Below, piece by piece: positions 1-11,914 of a DNA stretch of 64,000 nt (the stretch's first letter is position 1; the number at the start of each line of letters is the position of its first letter). The stretch is from positions 124,001 through 188,000 of the forward strand of contig OZ024759.1 in the NCBI GenBank assembly GCA_964016885.1, in the 5' to 3' direction. The stretch comes from Eledone cirrhosa (lineage: Eukaryota). A model generated the notes under the pieces. It was not told the DNA's origin. It did not search any database and saw nothing but the letters and a program-made list of their open reading frames with translations. A program made the translations under genes and the position numbers.

Positions 1-1828
1 TGGTAACCTACGATACTGTAACCAACCTATGGTGACCTACCCCATAGTAACCTACCATACGGTAACCTACCATATGGTAACCTAGCCTATGGTAACCTAA
101 CCCAAATAACCCACCCTATGGTAACCGAACCTATGTTAACCTAACCTATTGTAACCTACCATATGGTAACCTACCGCATGGTAACCTACTCCATGGTAAG
201 CTACCCTATTGTAAACTACTCTATGGTAACCTACCCTATGGTAACTTACCCTATGGTAACCTACTCTATGGTACACTACCATATGGTAACCAACCTATGG
301 TAACCTACGATACTGTAACCAACCTATGGTGACCTACCCCATAGTAACCTACCATATGGTAACCCACCCTATGGTAACCTAGCCTATGGTAACCTACCCT
401 AAATAACCCACCCTATGGTAACCTAACATATATATTAACCTAACTTATGGTAACCAACCCATGTTAACCTACTCTATAGTAACCTACTCCATGGTAACAT
501 ACCCTATGGTAACCTACCCTATGGTAACCTACCCTATGGTGACCTACCCTATGATAACTTAATCTATAGTAACATACTCTATGGTAACCTACCCTATGGT
601 AACCTACACTATGATAACCTACCCTATGGTCACCTACCCTATGATAACTTACTCTATAGTAACATACTCTATGGTAACCTACCCTATGGTAACCTACTCA
701 ATAGTAACATACTCTATGGTAACCTACCCTATGGTAACCTACCCTATGATAACCTACCCATAAGGTTACCTACCCTATAGTAACCTACCCTATGGTAACC
801 TACCCTATAGTAACCTACTCTATGGTAACCTACCCTATAGTAACCTACCCTATGATAACCTACCCTATGGTCACCTACTCTATAGTAACCTACCCTATGG
901 TAACCTACTCTATAGTAACCTACCTATGGTAACCTACCTTATGATAACCTACCTTATGGTAACCTACCCTATGGTAACCTAATCTATAGTAACCTACCCT
1001 ATGGTACCCTGCCCTATGGTACCCTACCCTATGTTAACCTACTCTATGGTAACCTACCCTATGGTAACCTACTCTATAGTAACCTAATCTATAGTAACCT
1101 ACCCTATGGTAACCTACCTTATGATAACCTACTCTATGGTAACCTACCCTATGATAACCTACTCTATAGTAACCTACTCTATGGTAACCTACTCTATGGT
1201 AACCTACCCTATGGTAACCTAATCTATGGTAAACTACCCTATGGTAACCTACCCTATGATAACCTACCCTATGGTCACCTACCCTATGATAACCTACTCT
1301 ATAGTAACCTACTATATGGTAACCTACCCTATGGTAACCTACCCTATGGTAACCTACTCTATAGTAACCGACTTCATAGTAACCTACCCTATGGTAACCT
1401 ACCCTATGATAACCCACCCTATGATAACCTACTCTATAGTAACCTACCCTATTCTAACCTACTCTATAGTAACCTAGCCTATGGTAACCAAGCTAATGGT
1501 AACCTAGCCTATGTTAACCTACCCTATGGTAACGTACTCTATAGTAACCTACTTCATAGTAACCTACCCTATGGTAACCTACCCTATGGTAACCTACCCT
1601 ATGGTAACCTACTCTATAGTAACCGACTTCATAGTAACCTACCCTATGGTAACCTACCCTATGATAACCTACCCTATGGTAACCTACTCTATAGTAACCT
1701 AGCCTATGGTAACCTAGCTAATGGTAACCTACCCTATGGTAACCTAGCCTATGTTAACCTACCCTATGGTAACGTACTCTATAGTAACCTACTTCATAGT
1801 AACCTACCCTATGGTAACCTACCCTATG
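1..1828. repeat. 15-bp minisatellite (TGGTAACCTACCCTA)n, runs off the left edge
   Basis: Tandem 15-bp period read directly; variants such as TAGTAACCTACTCTA and TGATAACC; explains the MVTYP/VGYHR pseudo-ORFs. Confidence 0.97.
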
Positions 1829-2089
1829 AGCTACAGCAAGTCATTGATATTATTATAATCTCTACGATAAATAAACTTAACAAATATGAGATTCAGTAGG
1901 AAATAATTGTGGTGGTCTGCTAGAGTTGTGGTAAATGGTGTACAACAAGTGTTAGGCCGGCAGTTTCACTGTTTACCCCTCAGGGGTAAAGGTTGACATT
2001 TCATATTCAGTGGACAAGTCGACCTCTAGTTTTGGAGAGATATTTTCAGGCTCCAAATGTCGACCTGTACGTTGGCATATATGGTACAT

Positions 2090-2206
2090 ATATCAGTTCT
2101 GTATGAGCAAGACACGGTCATTCAATCTGGCTTGTCTCACAACAGGACAACTCGACTAACTCAGGCTAGCATGGAAAAATGGACATTAAACAGTGATGAT
2201 GATGAT
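2090..2206 (+). mobile_element. RTE-LINE 3' tail fragment ending in (GAT)n
   Basis: CAGTTCTGTATGAGC...ACAGGACAAC...GCTAGCATGGAA...GGACATTAAA..GATGATGAT matches the 3' end of the RTE at 11370-11489. Confidence 0.8.
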
Positions 2207-2320
2207 TATACACACACACACACATTACATATATATATGCAAAACGCAAACAGAAATAACAAAGCAAATAGTGCAGTACAATGAAGAAATGTATTAGTTT
2301 TATGCTTGATATAGTAGGAA

Positions 2321-2360
2321 AAGAGTCTGAACGTTTCAGACGCTAGTCCTTCATCACAAA
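2321..2360 (-). other. Degenerate minimal hammerhead-ribozyme motif, possible Penelope-like pLTR remnant
   Basis: Minus strand reads GTGATGA-A-GGAC-TAGC-GTCT-GAAACGTT, versus core CUGAUGA-stem II-GAAAC; first core C is G here. Confidence 0.45.
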
Positions 2361-2454
2361 ATAGAATGAGAAATTAAAGAAGAAATAGAAAGATTGAGGA
2401 GACGAGCAGTGAGACATATATATATGTTGGTTGGAACACATAATAGAGTAGTAA

Positions 2455-2655
2455 TAAAGCACCCAGTACTCTCTGTAAATGTCACTACAAAAAGAACCCA
2501 GTACTCACTGTAAATGAGGTTGACGTTAAGAAGGGCATCCAGCTGTAGAAATCAAGCCAAAATCAGTTCTGTATGAGCTAACCTGGCATTGCCCACAACA
2601 GGACAACCTGGCTAACCCATGCTAGCATGGAAGAATGGACATAAAATGGTGATAA

Positions 2656-2660
<5 letters not shown>
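2455..2660 (+). mobile_element. RTE-LINE 3' UTR fragment
   Basis: CACCCAGTACTC(A)CTGTAAATGAGGTTG..TTAAGAAGGGCATCCAGCTGTAGAAATCAAGCC...CCATGCTAGCATGGAAGAATGGAC is near-identical to 11300-11470. Confidence 0.85.
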
Positions 2661-2703
<43 letters not shown>

Positions 2704-2710
<7 letters not shown>

Positions 2711-3339
2711 TATATGTATAAATAAACATAGTAAATTCTGCATCTAAAATTAAGAGGGTAGATTATACCACAAATGTTTTATATATTTAAACTGAAATAT
2801 ACAGTAAGATACAAAATTTCCTATACATACCGTATCAATAACGATTTCATCTCTCAGACAGACCAAAGATTTAATCTGTTTTGCCCTGAAAATTGTGTTT
2901 GTAACAGATAATCCTTAGGCATTTCATCAGCGAGAGATTAGAGTAAATGAAACAAAACACATCTAACAAGAACTCACGTAAGTAAATAATGTACCTCGTG
3001 GGTTGAAAGCTATACGTGGTGTGAGTGGTTATGCTAAAAATAATAGCCTAATTACACTCATCTTATAAGCTCACCTAGATAGGGAGCCGAAATACAAATA
3101 AAATATAGAGTTATACTGAGGTGTCGGTAAACAACCAACATATACTCAAAATTTATATATATATATATATATATATATCATCATCATCATCATCATATAT
3201 AGGAAATAAACACAGTATGTATAGGAAATCTTGTATCTTACTGTATGTATCAGTTTAAATATAAAACATTTGTGGTAAAATCTACCCTCTTAATTTTAGA
3301 CACAGAATTTACTGTGTTTATTTCTACATATATTAATAT
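2704..3339. repeat. About 130-bp inverted repeat (2704-2831 vs 3215-3339) around a ~380-bp spacer
   Basis: Reverse complement of 2704-2831 aligns by eye with 3215-3339 (GTATGTATAGGAAAT..TTGTATCTTACTGTAT..AAAACATTTGTGGTA..ATCTACCCTCTTAATTTTAGA..CAGAATTTACT). Confidence 0.85.
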
Positions 3340-3343
3340 TATA

Positions 3344-3532
3344 ATTGTTTCTACTTTTGGCACAAGGCCAGCAATTATCCCAGTGTATTACTGGTACTTT
3401 ATTTTATCGACCCCTTAAGGATGAAAGGCAAAGTTAACCTCGGCGGGTTTTGAACTCAGTCCGTAAAGGGCAGTAACTCTATGCGTCAAAGCATGGCGTC
3501 CGACCCTCTACCGATACTGCCAATTCACCGCC
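3344..3532 (-). mobile_element. tRNA-derived SINE, full-length
   Basis: Minus strand has box A-like TGGCAGTATCGG, box B-like GAGTTCAAAACCC and core GCCTTTCATCC..GGTCGATAAAATAAAGTACCAG; several copies in the window. Confidence 0.85.
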
Positions 3533-3553
3533 ATATATAATATTAATATTATA

Positions 3554-3601
3554 ATTGTTTCTACTTTAGGCACAAGGCCAGTGTATTACTGGTACTTTAT
3601 T
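3554..3601 (-). mobile_element. Truncated tandem copy of the same SINE 3' end
   Basis: TTGTTTCTACTTTAGGCACAAGGCCAGTGTATTACTGGTACTTTAT, preceded by the same TATTAATATTATAA flank as the 3344 copy. Confidence 0.75.
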
Positions 3602-3690
3602 ATAATATAAATATTATAATGCTCAGTATTTATACTTTGAGCTTGTTAATTTCAGGGTATCAATATGAGTTGATAACTCTGTATTTTATT

Positions 3691-3738
<48 letters not shown>

Positions 3739-3893
3739 GTGGTATCCCTGAAATATGTATAATGAAATAAATATGGTTTTATAAATATAGTTTCCATTTA
3801 TTAATATTGTATATCTACTCCAAAAATTTGTCGAGTGCTTTATGTCAGTTATAAATATATTTACTTGTATCCAACAACTTTAAATAGAACTTT

Positions 3894-3929
<36 letters not shown>

Positions 3930-3964
3930 TTTGAGTGACTTCCATCTGTCCATCCATCATGCAA

Positions 3965-4530
3965 TGTGTGTGTGTGTGTGTTTGCGTGAATGTATGTGTG
4001 TGTGTTTGTGTGAATGTATGTGTGTGTTTGTGTGTGAATGTATGTGTGTTTGTGTGAATGTATGTGTGTGTTTGTGTGAATGTGTTTGTGTGAATGAATG
4101 TATGTGTGTGTTTGTGTGAATGTATGTGTGTGTGTTAGTGTGAATGTATGTGTGTGTTTGTGTGTGTGAATGTATGTCTGTGTTTGTGTGAATGTGTGTG
4201 TGTTTGTGTGAATCAATGTATGTGTGTGTTTGTGTGAATGTATGTGTGTGTGTTAGTGTGAATGTATGTATGTGTGTGTTTGTGTATGTGTGAATGTATG
4301 TGTGTGTTTGTGTGAATGTATGTGTGTGTGTGTGAATGTATGTATGTTTGTGTGAATGTATGTGTGTTTGTGTGAATGTATGTGTGTGTTTGTGTGTATG
4401 TATATGTGTGTGTGTGTGAATGTATGTGTGTGTTTGTGTGTATGTATGTGTGTGTGTGTGAATGTATCTGTGTTTGTGTGTATGTATATGTGTGTGTGTG
4501 AATGTATGTGTGTGTTTGCGTGTGTGTGTG
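3965..4530. repeat. TG-rich compound microsatellite (TGTGAATGTATGTGTGTGTT-like)
   Basis: Direct inspection; a similar tract lies at 13480-13690. Confidence 0.95.
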
Positions 4531-4844
4531 CAAATTTAGTCAATTTAGTTGTGATTAGTTTAGCTGTTGTTATCAAATTTCAGCCAAGATATAAAAAACT
4601 TTGATATGTGACAAACATTACATAAATTGTAGTGCATATACAAATAGATGTGTTTTGCTAGTTTGGGGAGAAAATATAATTATTGGTGCTCTCTGGCACC
4701 CGCAGTTCCACCACACATGCATATACGTCAGCATGTTGAAAATAATCCAGGAGGTGCGATTAAGTTAGACATGGCCTGGGCCAATACTGGCCGAAACCTA
4801 TCAAAGTTATATAAAATGCTGTGTTATGTAATTTTGTAGGTGAA

Positions 4845-6363
4845 TGTAAAGTGGTATGTAGATGTCATGACAAAAACAAGCGCCCAGTCCACACTGTAAA
4901 GTGGTCATGTAGGTGTCATGACAAAAACAAGCGCCCATTCCACACTGTAAAGTGGTCATGTAGGTGTCATGACAAAAACAAGCGCCCAGTCCACATTGTA
5001 AAGTGGTCATGTAGGTGTCATGACAAAAACAAGCGCCCATTCCACACTGTAAAGTGGTCATGTAGGTGTCATGACAAAAACAAGTGCCCATTCCACATTG
5101 TAAAGTGGTCATGTAGGTGTCATGACAAAAACAAGCGCCTAGTCCACACTGTAAAGTGGTCATGTAGGTGTCATGACAAAAACAAGCGCCTAGTCCACAC
5201 TGTAAAGTGGTCATGTAGGTGTCATGACAAAAACAAGCGCCTAGTCCACACTGTAAAGTGGTCATGTAGGTGTCATGACAAAAACAAGCGCCTAGTCCAC
5301 ACTGTAAAGTGGTCATGTAGGTGTCATGACAAAAACAAGCGCCCAGTCCACATTGTAAAGTGGTCATGTAGGTGTCATGACAAAAACAAGCGCCCAGTCC
5401 ACACTGTAAAGTGGTCATGTAGGTGTCATGACAAAAACAAGCGCCCAGTCCACATTGTAAAGTGGTCATGTAGGTGTCATGACAAAAACAAGCGCCTAGT
5501 CCACACTGTAAAGTGGTCATGTAGGTGTCATGACAAAAACAAGCGCCTAGTCCACACTGTAAAGTGGTCATGTAGGTGTCATGACAAAAACAAGCGCCTA
5601 GTCCACACTGTAAAGTGGTCATGTAGGTGTCATGACAAAAACAAGCGCCTAGTCCACACTGTAAAGTGGTCATGTAGGTGTCATGACAAAAACAAGCGCC
5701 CAGTCCACATTGTAAAGTGGTCATGTAGGTGTCATGACAAAAACAAGCGCCTAGTCCACACTGTAAAGTGGTCATGTAGGTGTCACGACAAAAACAAGCG
5801 CCCAGTCCACATTGTAAAGTGGTCATGTAAGTGTCATGACAAAAACAAACGCCTAGTCCACATTGTAAAGTGGTCATGTAGGTGTCATGACAAAAACAAG
5901 CGCCTAGTCCACACTGTAAAGTGGTCATGTAGGTGTCATGACAAAAACAAGCGCCCAGTCCACATTGTAAAGTGGTCATGTAGGTGTCATGACAAAAACA
6001 AGCGCCTAGTCCACACTGTAAAGTGGTCATGTAGGTGTCATGACAAAAACAAACGCCTAGTCCACATTGTAGAGTGGTCATGTAGGTGTCATGACAAAAG
6101 TAAGTGCCTAGTCCACATTGTAAAGTGGTCATGTAGGGGTCATGACAAAAGCAAGCGCCTAGTCCACATTGTAGAGTGGTCATGTAGGGGTCATGACAAA
6201 AACAAGCGCCCAGTCCACATTGTAAAGTGGTCATGTAGGGGTCATGACAAAAAATGTCCAGCCCACACTGGTTGTATAGGTATCACGACAAAAAGCACCC
6301 AGCCCACACTGTAAAGTTGTCATGTAGGTGTTTTTACAAAAAGCACTCAGTCCTCACTGTAAA
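4845..6363 (+). repeat. 51-bp minisatellite (about 29 copies) inside an RTE 3' UTR
   Basis: Unit TGTAAAGTGGTCATGTAGGTGTCATGACAAAAACAAGCGCCTAGTCCACAC; resembles the ~50-bp subrepeat at 11250-11320. Confidence 0.95.
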
Positions 6364-6517
6364 GTGGTTGGCATTAGGAAGGGCATCCTTGCTGTAGGAA
6401 CCAAGCCAAATTCAGTTCTGTGTGAGTGAATCACAGTCCCCCCAACCTGATCCCTCACAAGAGGACAGCCTGTCTAACCCATGCTAACGCAGAAGATGGA
6501 CGTTAAACGATGATGAT
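6300..6517 (+). mobile_element. RTE-LINE 3' tail continuing from the 51-bp array
   Basis: GTAAAGTGGTTGGCATTAGGAAGGGCATCC...CTAACCCATGCTAACG..GATGGACGTTAAACGATGATGAT. Confidence 0.85.
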
Positions 6518-6650
6518 ACTCATACATGTAAATGTATGCGCACACACACATATATATACACACACTCACACACACACATATACACATACACGTCAGCATG
6601 TTGGAAACAATGCTAGTATATATAAAATGGAGTGTTATGTTATTTTGTAG

Positions 6651-6839
6651 GTGAATGTTCTCGGGAACCCGAAAGGGCGGAATAAAGACGTTGCTCAGTT
6701 TGTTGAGGTATGTGAAGTATGTAAAACTATCTTGGACAGCAAGGAACCAATACCTAGTGATCTTCTGGCCAAACTTATCAAATATAAACTGTTGGCACTG
6801 AAGGTCGATGACATGTGGAGATCAAGGCCTGTCACAAAG
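6651..6839 (+). CDS. SPAG17: SPAG17/PF6 internal exon A (phase 0-0)
   Basis: TTTTGTAG|...AAG|GTGGCT; VNVLGNPKGRNKDVAQFVEVCEVCKTILDSKEPIPSDLLAKLIKYKLLALKVDD resembles recalled human [34 protein letters not shown]. Confidence 0.85.
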
Positions 6840-7207
6840 GTGGCTATTTATTTATTTATTTATTTATTTATTTATTCAATTTAAACGTCCGTATAGAGCT
6901 AATAAGCCATGACAGACTAGGAGAAGTATTGAGTACTCCTTACTGTTGGTAATCAAAAGAGTTAGTGAGACAAGTAATAAAAAAGAAAAGAAAGGAAAAA
7001 AAACCTAAAATAAAGGTAAAAAAAAAGAGAAAAGGGGTAAAAAATAAAACGAGATGTTGCTATTAGACATGGCCGAACCTGTGAAAGTTTTGAAGGTTCA
7101 CGGGGGGGTAGATTATGTCTGAGACAAGAAGGAAAATAGGAAAGAAGGGAAACTGTAAAAGAGAAGTTTCTCTTGGATCTTTTCCTCGCTTCCATCTGCT
7201 CAAATAA

Positions 7208-7362
7208 TTTTTGGCACAAGGCCAGCAATTATCCCAGTGCATTACTGGTACTTTATTTTATCGACCCCATAAGTATGAAAGGCAAAGTTAACCTCGGTGG
7301 GATTTGAACTCGGACCAAAGCATGGTGTCCGACTCTCTACCAATACTGCCAATACACTGCCC
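7208..7362 (-). mobile_element. tRNA-derived SINE, internally deleted copy
   Basis: Same sequence as 3344-3532 with part of the tRNA-like head missing. Confidence 0.8.
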
Positions 7363-7395
7363 TATATTTGGTAGACATGTAATAATTGTTACTTT

Positions 7396-8108
7396 CATCA
7401 CCATCATCACCATTGCTATCATCATCACCATCACCACCATCACCATCATCATTATCATCATCACCATCATCATCATCACCACCACCATCACCATCATCAT
7501 CACCATCACCACCACCATCACCATCATCATTATCATCATCACCATCACCACCATCATCACCATCATCACCATCATCACCATCATCATCATCATCACCATC
7601 ATCACCATCATCATCACCATCACCACCATCATCACCATCATCATTATCATCATCACCATCACCACCATCATCACCATCATCACCATCATCACCATCATCA
7701 TCACCATCACCACCACCATCACCACCACCATCACCACCATCACCATAACCACCACCATCATCATCACCACCACCATCACCACCACCATCATCATCATCAT
7801 CATCACCATCATCACTATCACCATCACCACCACCATCATCACCACCACCACCACCACCACCACCACCGTCATCATCACCACCACCATCACCATCACCATC
7901 ATCACCATCATCATCACCATCACCACCATCATCATCACCATCACCATCACCACCATCATCACCATCATCATCACCATCACCACCATCATCACTATCACCA
8001 TCACCACCACCATCATCATGACCACCACCATCACCATCACCATCATCATCACCACCATCACCATCACCGCCACCACCATCATCATCATCATTATTGTCAT
8101 CATCACCA
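7396..8108. repeat. (CAT/CAC)n trinucleotide array, about 710 bp
   Basis: Direct inspection; source of the I/T, M/V and D/G pseudo-ORFs. Confidence 0.97.
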
Positions 8109-8243
8109 AACATACGCACTCACACACATATATATATACTTGCAGACACACATACATACACACATGTATACCAGCACCTACACATGCACACACATACAGA
8201 CTCACAAACACATACATATATATACATAAGACCATGAAAAACA

Positions 8244-8389
8244 TGGGCGGAGGTGGTGAGAGCAGACGTCAGAAGCTCACAGTGGAGATGACGAAGGACC
8301 GTGACAAGTGGAGAGATGCTGTGCTGAATAGGACCTGTCCCACCCTTGCAAGCAGGGAAATGTGGATGTAAAATGATGATGATGATGAT
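8244..8389 (+). mobile_element. RTE-LINE 3' end fragment, diverged subfamily
   Basis: LTVEMTKDRDKWRDAVLNRT resembles the C-terminus LSKTMTHDRDFWRHAVIQST; ends in (GAT)n. Confidence 0.75.
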
Positions 8390-8687
8390 ATATATATATA
8401 TATATATATATATCGAGTATATGTTGGTTGTTTACCAACACCTCAGTATGCAGATTGGAGCACTCGACGAAGTACTCCGGAGTAATGTAAAATAATTAAG
8501 TCAAATATGTAAAATTTGGCTTTGTTTATTATAAATTATAGTTATACTGCTATATACATCTCGGTGACAGCCATCATTGGCTGTGACCTCTTGGGAAAGA
8601 CAGGTACACATGTTGCTGAACTGTGTTTTACTCCGTCAATACATCGATATGTCCAGCTCCTGGTTGTGTTGTTATTTCTCTGAGGAA

Positions 8688-11489
8688 TGACATGTCGATA
8701 TGTAACACAAACTTTAAAAAACCCGACAACCACCTGATCACCTATAGATCAGGGGAGCACTCTAGTCAGTTAGATTTTATCCTCATCAGAGGATGTGACA
8801 GATGGACGGTCGTAAACACAAAAGCCTTCCCTAGTGAGGAATGTACATCCCAACATAGCTTAGTTGTCAGCGACCTCACGGTCAGAACTAGACGAGCCCT
8901 GAAACAGAGGCCAACCTGGAGAAGAAAGATCTGGAAGCTGAAAGTCCCCTCAACCAGTAACAGATTTAAAGATATTTTACTCAACGCCTACGACAGTAAA
9001 GAAGAACAGATAGAGACATTTAACGTAGAAGAGAACTGGGAGTTCCTAAAAAATAACTTACTAGAGGCGACGGATGAGGTTTGTGGCTGGAGTAAGACCT
9101 CAAGCAGGAGGAGAGTGACTTGGTGGTGGAACAATGAGGTAGATGAAGCAGTCAAGGCCAAGAGACAGGCATGGAAAGAATGGAAGAACGGGGGGAGCAG
9201 GGTACATTACATAGAGACCAAGAGGGAAGCTAGGCGACAAGTATACTTAGCTAGGAGGGAAGCAGAGGATAGAAAATTCAAGCATGTTTTACAACGTGAG
9301 GACCAGAAACAGGAGGTATTCAAGATTGCGAGGCAGTGTGTCAGAGATAGTTGTGATGTCATTGGAGAGAAGTGTATCCGGAATGATAAAGGTGAGCTTG
9401 CCCTCACAAGTGCTGAGAAGAAAGATGCATGGAAGAGTCATTATGATAGATTACTAAATGAGGAGAATGCATGGGAAGAAGAGACCCTACCCCATGTAGA
9501 CCCTATAGAGGGACCAGCAGTACAAGTCAGTGGCAGCGTAGTAAGTAAGGCAATCAGAGATATGAAGATGGGGAAGGCAACCGGTCCATCGGGTATAGCT
9601 GCCGAGATGCTGAAGGCATCTGGGTCTGTAGGTCACACTATAACCACACGTATCGTTAACCAGGTAATACTAGAAGGGGCCATACCAAAAGATTGGTGCA
9701 GTAGCATCATTGTCAACTGCTACAAAGGTAAAGGCGATGCACTAGATAGAGGAAACTATAGAGGTATAAAGTTGATGGACCAGGTCATGAAAGTAACAGA
9801 AAGAGTTATAGCACAGCTGATTAGGGACCGGGTGAATATAGACGAGATGCAATTTGGGTTTGTACCAGGGAGAGGCACCACTGATGCCCTCTTCCTTGTG
9901 AGGCAATTACAGGAAAAGTACCTAGCTAAAAGTAAGCCACTCTACTTGGCATTTGTCGACCTTGAGAAAGCCTTTGACAGAGTTCCACGTGCAGTAATCT
10001 GGTGGGCTCTTAGAAAACTAGGAGTAGATGAATGGCTTGTGAAAGCGGTACAAGCCATGTATAGGGGAGCAGTCAGCAAAGTTAGGATTAGCAATGAGTA
10101 TAGCGATGAATTTAGCGTACAGGTTGGGGTCCACCAGGGCTCTGTTCTTAGCCCTCTCCTGTTCATCATAGTCCTGCAGGCAATAATGGAGGAGTTTAAG
10201 ACCGGATGCCCATGGGAACTCCTGTATGCTGATGACCTCGCACTCATAGCTGAATCTATGGTAGAACTAGAGAATAAATTCCAAACCTGGAAGCAGGGAC
10301 TAGAGAGAAAGGGCCTCAAAGTCAACATGACAAAGACTAAGGTCCTTGTAAGTAGACGAGAAAACAGAACCCAGATCCCCTCAGGGAAATGGCCTTGCTC
10401 AGTATGTAGGAAAGGTGTAGGTAGGAACTCCATTCTCAGCCCCAAATGCAAACAATGGGTACACAAGAGATGTAGCGGGATCTCAGGAAGCTTAATTAAG
10501 AATGTAGGATTCACATGCAGCAGCTGTGCTGAAACAGCAAGCAAACAGCCACAGGAAACAAGTACCACCAATCTCTGGGAGGGCCCTGTAGAAACAGTAG
10601 ACAGCTTCTGCTACCTAGGTGACCGAATTAGCAACGGAGGTGGGTGCTCAGAAAGTACAATAACTAGGGTAAGAACGGGATGGAAGAAGTTTAGGGAACT
10701 ACTACCACTGCTAGCTGCAAAAGGCTTCTCCCTCAGAATGAAAGGCAGACTGTATGATGCGTGTATCCGAACAGCGATGTTGCATGGTAGTGAGACCTGG
10801 GCGCTGAAGGTGGAAGACTTACGTAGATTAGAGAGAAACGAAGCCTGCATGCTCCGATGGATGTGTAACAGTAATATACGTGAATGACAGAGCATAAAGG
10901 AATTGAGAGAGAGACTGAGCATAAGAGGAATCAAATGCTGCGTGCAGGAGAGGCGGTTACGCTGGTATGGACATGTGATGCATATGAAGGATGACAGCTG
11001 CATAAAAAGGTGCAGAGCACTAAAAGTTGATGGAAACCGCGGAGTGGGGAGACCCAAGATGACTTGGGATGAGGTGATAAAAGCCGACCTTACCCAACTA
11101 CACCTCTCAAAGACAATGACACACGACCGTGACTTCTGGCGTCACGCAGTAATACAGAGTACCCGACCTCCCATGGGTACATGCTGAAGCATATAAACAA
11201 TATGCCCCCACTCCCCCCACCGCAAGATGGTCGTGGAGGTGCCACGGCAAAAAAGCACCCAGCCCACACTGTAAAGTGGACGTGTAGGCGCCACGAAAAA
11301 GCACCCAGCACTCACTGTAAATGAGGTTGGTGTTAGGAAGGGCATCCAGCTGTAGAAATCAAGCCAGATCAGTTCCTGTATGAGCAAGGCATGGTCAGCC
11401 GACCAGACACTGCCCACAACAGGACAACCCGTCTAACCCATGCTAGCGTGGAAGAACGGACGTAAAACGGTGATGATGATGATGATGAT
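8688..11489 (+). mobile_element. 5'-truncated RTE-clade non-LTR retrotransposon
   Basis: APE C-terminal motifs (ICNTNFKK, SQLDFIL, SQHSLVV); RT motifs (NYRGIKL, QFGF, FVDLEKAFD, GVHQGSVLSPLLF, LYADD); 3' UTR with (GAT)n tail. Confidence 0.95.
8695..11187 (+). pseudogene. RTE ORF (partial endonuclease + RT + PHD-like finger) with one in-frame TGA at 10885-10887
   Basis: ORFs 8623-10887 and 10903-11187 are in the same frame and continue as RRLRWYGHV...GRPKMTW. Confidence 0.9.
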
Positions 11490-11730
11490 ATATATACTCA
11501 TGTATACCAGAATCTTCCATATACTCACATACACACACACACACATGTACACACACATGCAGGCACACATGCACACACACATACATGCACACACACATGT
11601 ACACACATACACACACATACACACACATACACATGTATACATACACACATATATACACAGATCGCTATATTTTCCCAAGAAATAATTATACTTCTCTTCT
11701 TCCCTCCGCTCCGCTGTCCACCATTGCCAG

Positions 11731-11899
11731 CGTAAATCCTCATTTCAAAGCAACGACATGAAGAAATCTAAGACTGCGCGTGGCACTCGCTCCCCTAGCA
11801 AGAAAAATAACGTTGCTAAACCAACCGAGGAATCTTTGATCAAGGAAGGAACTCAGATGAAGAAACGTTCTGAAGAAATGAATGACTATAAATATATTG
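11731..11899 (+). CDS. SPAG17: SPAG17 exon B (phase 0-1), absent from the ORF track
   Basis: Pyrimidine tract then TGCCAG|...G|GTAATT; RKSSFQSNDMKKSKTARGTRSPSKK...TQMKKRSEEMNDYKYI resembles recalled human TQLKRRGEDDHTNRYI. Confidence 0.85.
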
Positions 11900-11914
11900 G
11901 TAATTCTTCTTTGC

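Noticed and set aside
581-1702. MVTYP / VGYHR repeat proteins
   Set aside because: Translations of the 15-bp satellite, interrupted by stops and indels
3344-3532. tRNA gene
   Set aside because: A/B-box-like motifs belong to a multi-copy SINE; one copy has an 18-bp TSD and no cloverleaf is evident
4807-6314. 475/497-aa Cys/His-rich ORFs as metal-binding or zinc-finger proteins
   Set aside because: Product of a 51-bp unit derived from a LINE 3' UTR; open on both strands and out of frame with the adjacent acceptor
7288-8371. Long M/V-, I/T- and D/G-rich ORFs
   Set aside because: Translations of a (CAT/CAC)n microsatellite
8542-8603. Extra SPAG17 exon (AG...CAG|GTACAC)
   Set aside because: 62 nt would break the phase between exons A and B, and there is no recognisable similarity
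8623-8694. N-terminus of the 754-aa ORF as a true RTE start
   Set aside because: RTE homology begins only at about 8690 (ND.SICNT); the element is 5'-truncated and the upstream codons are flank
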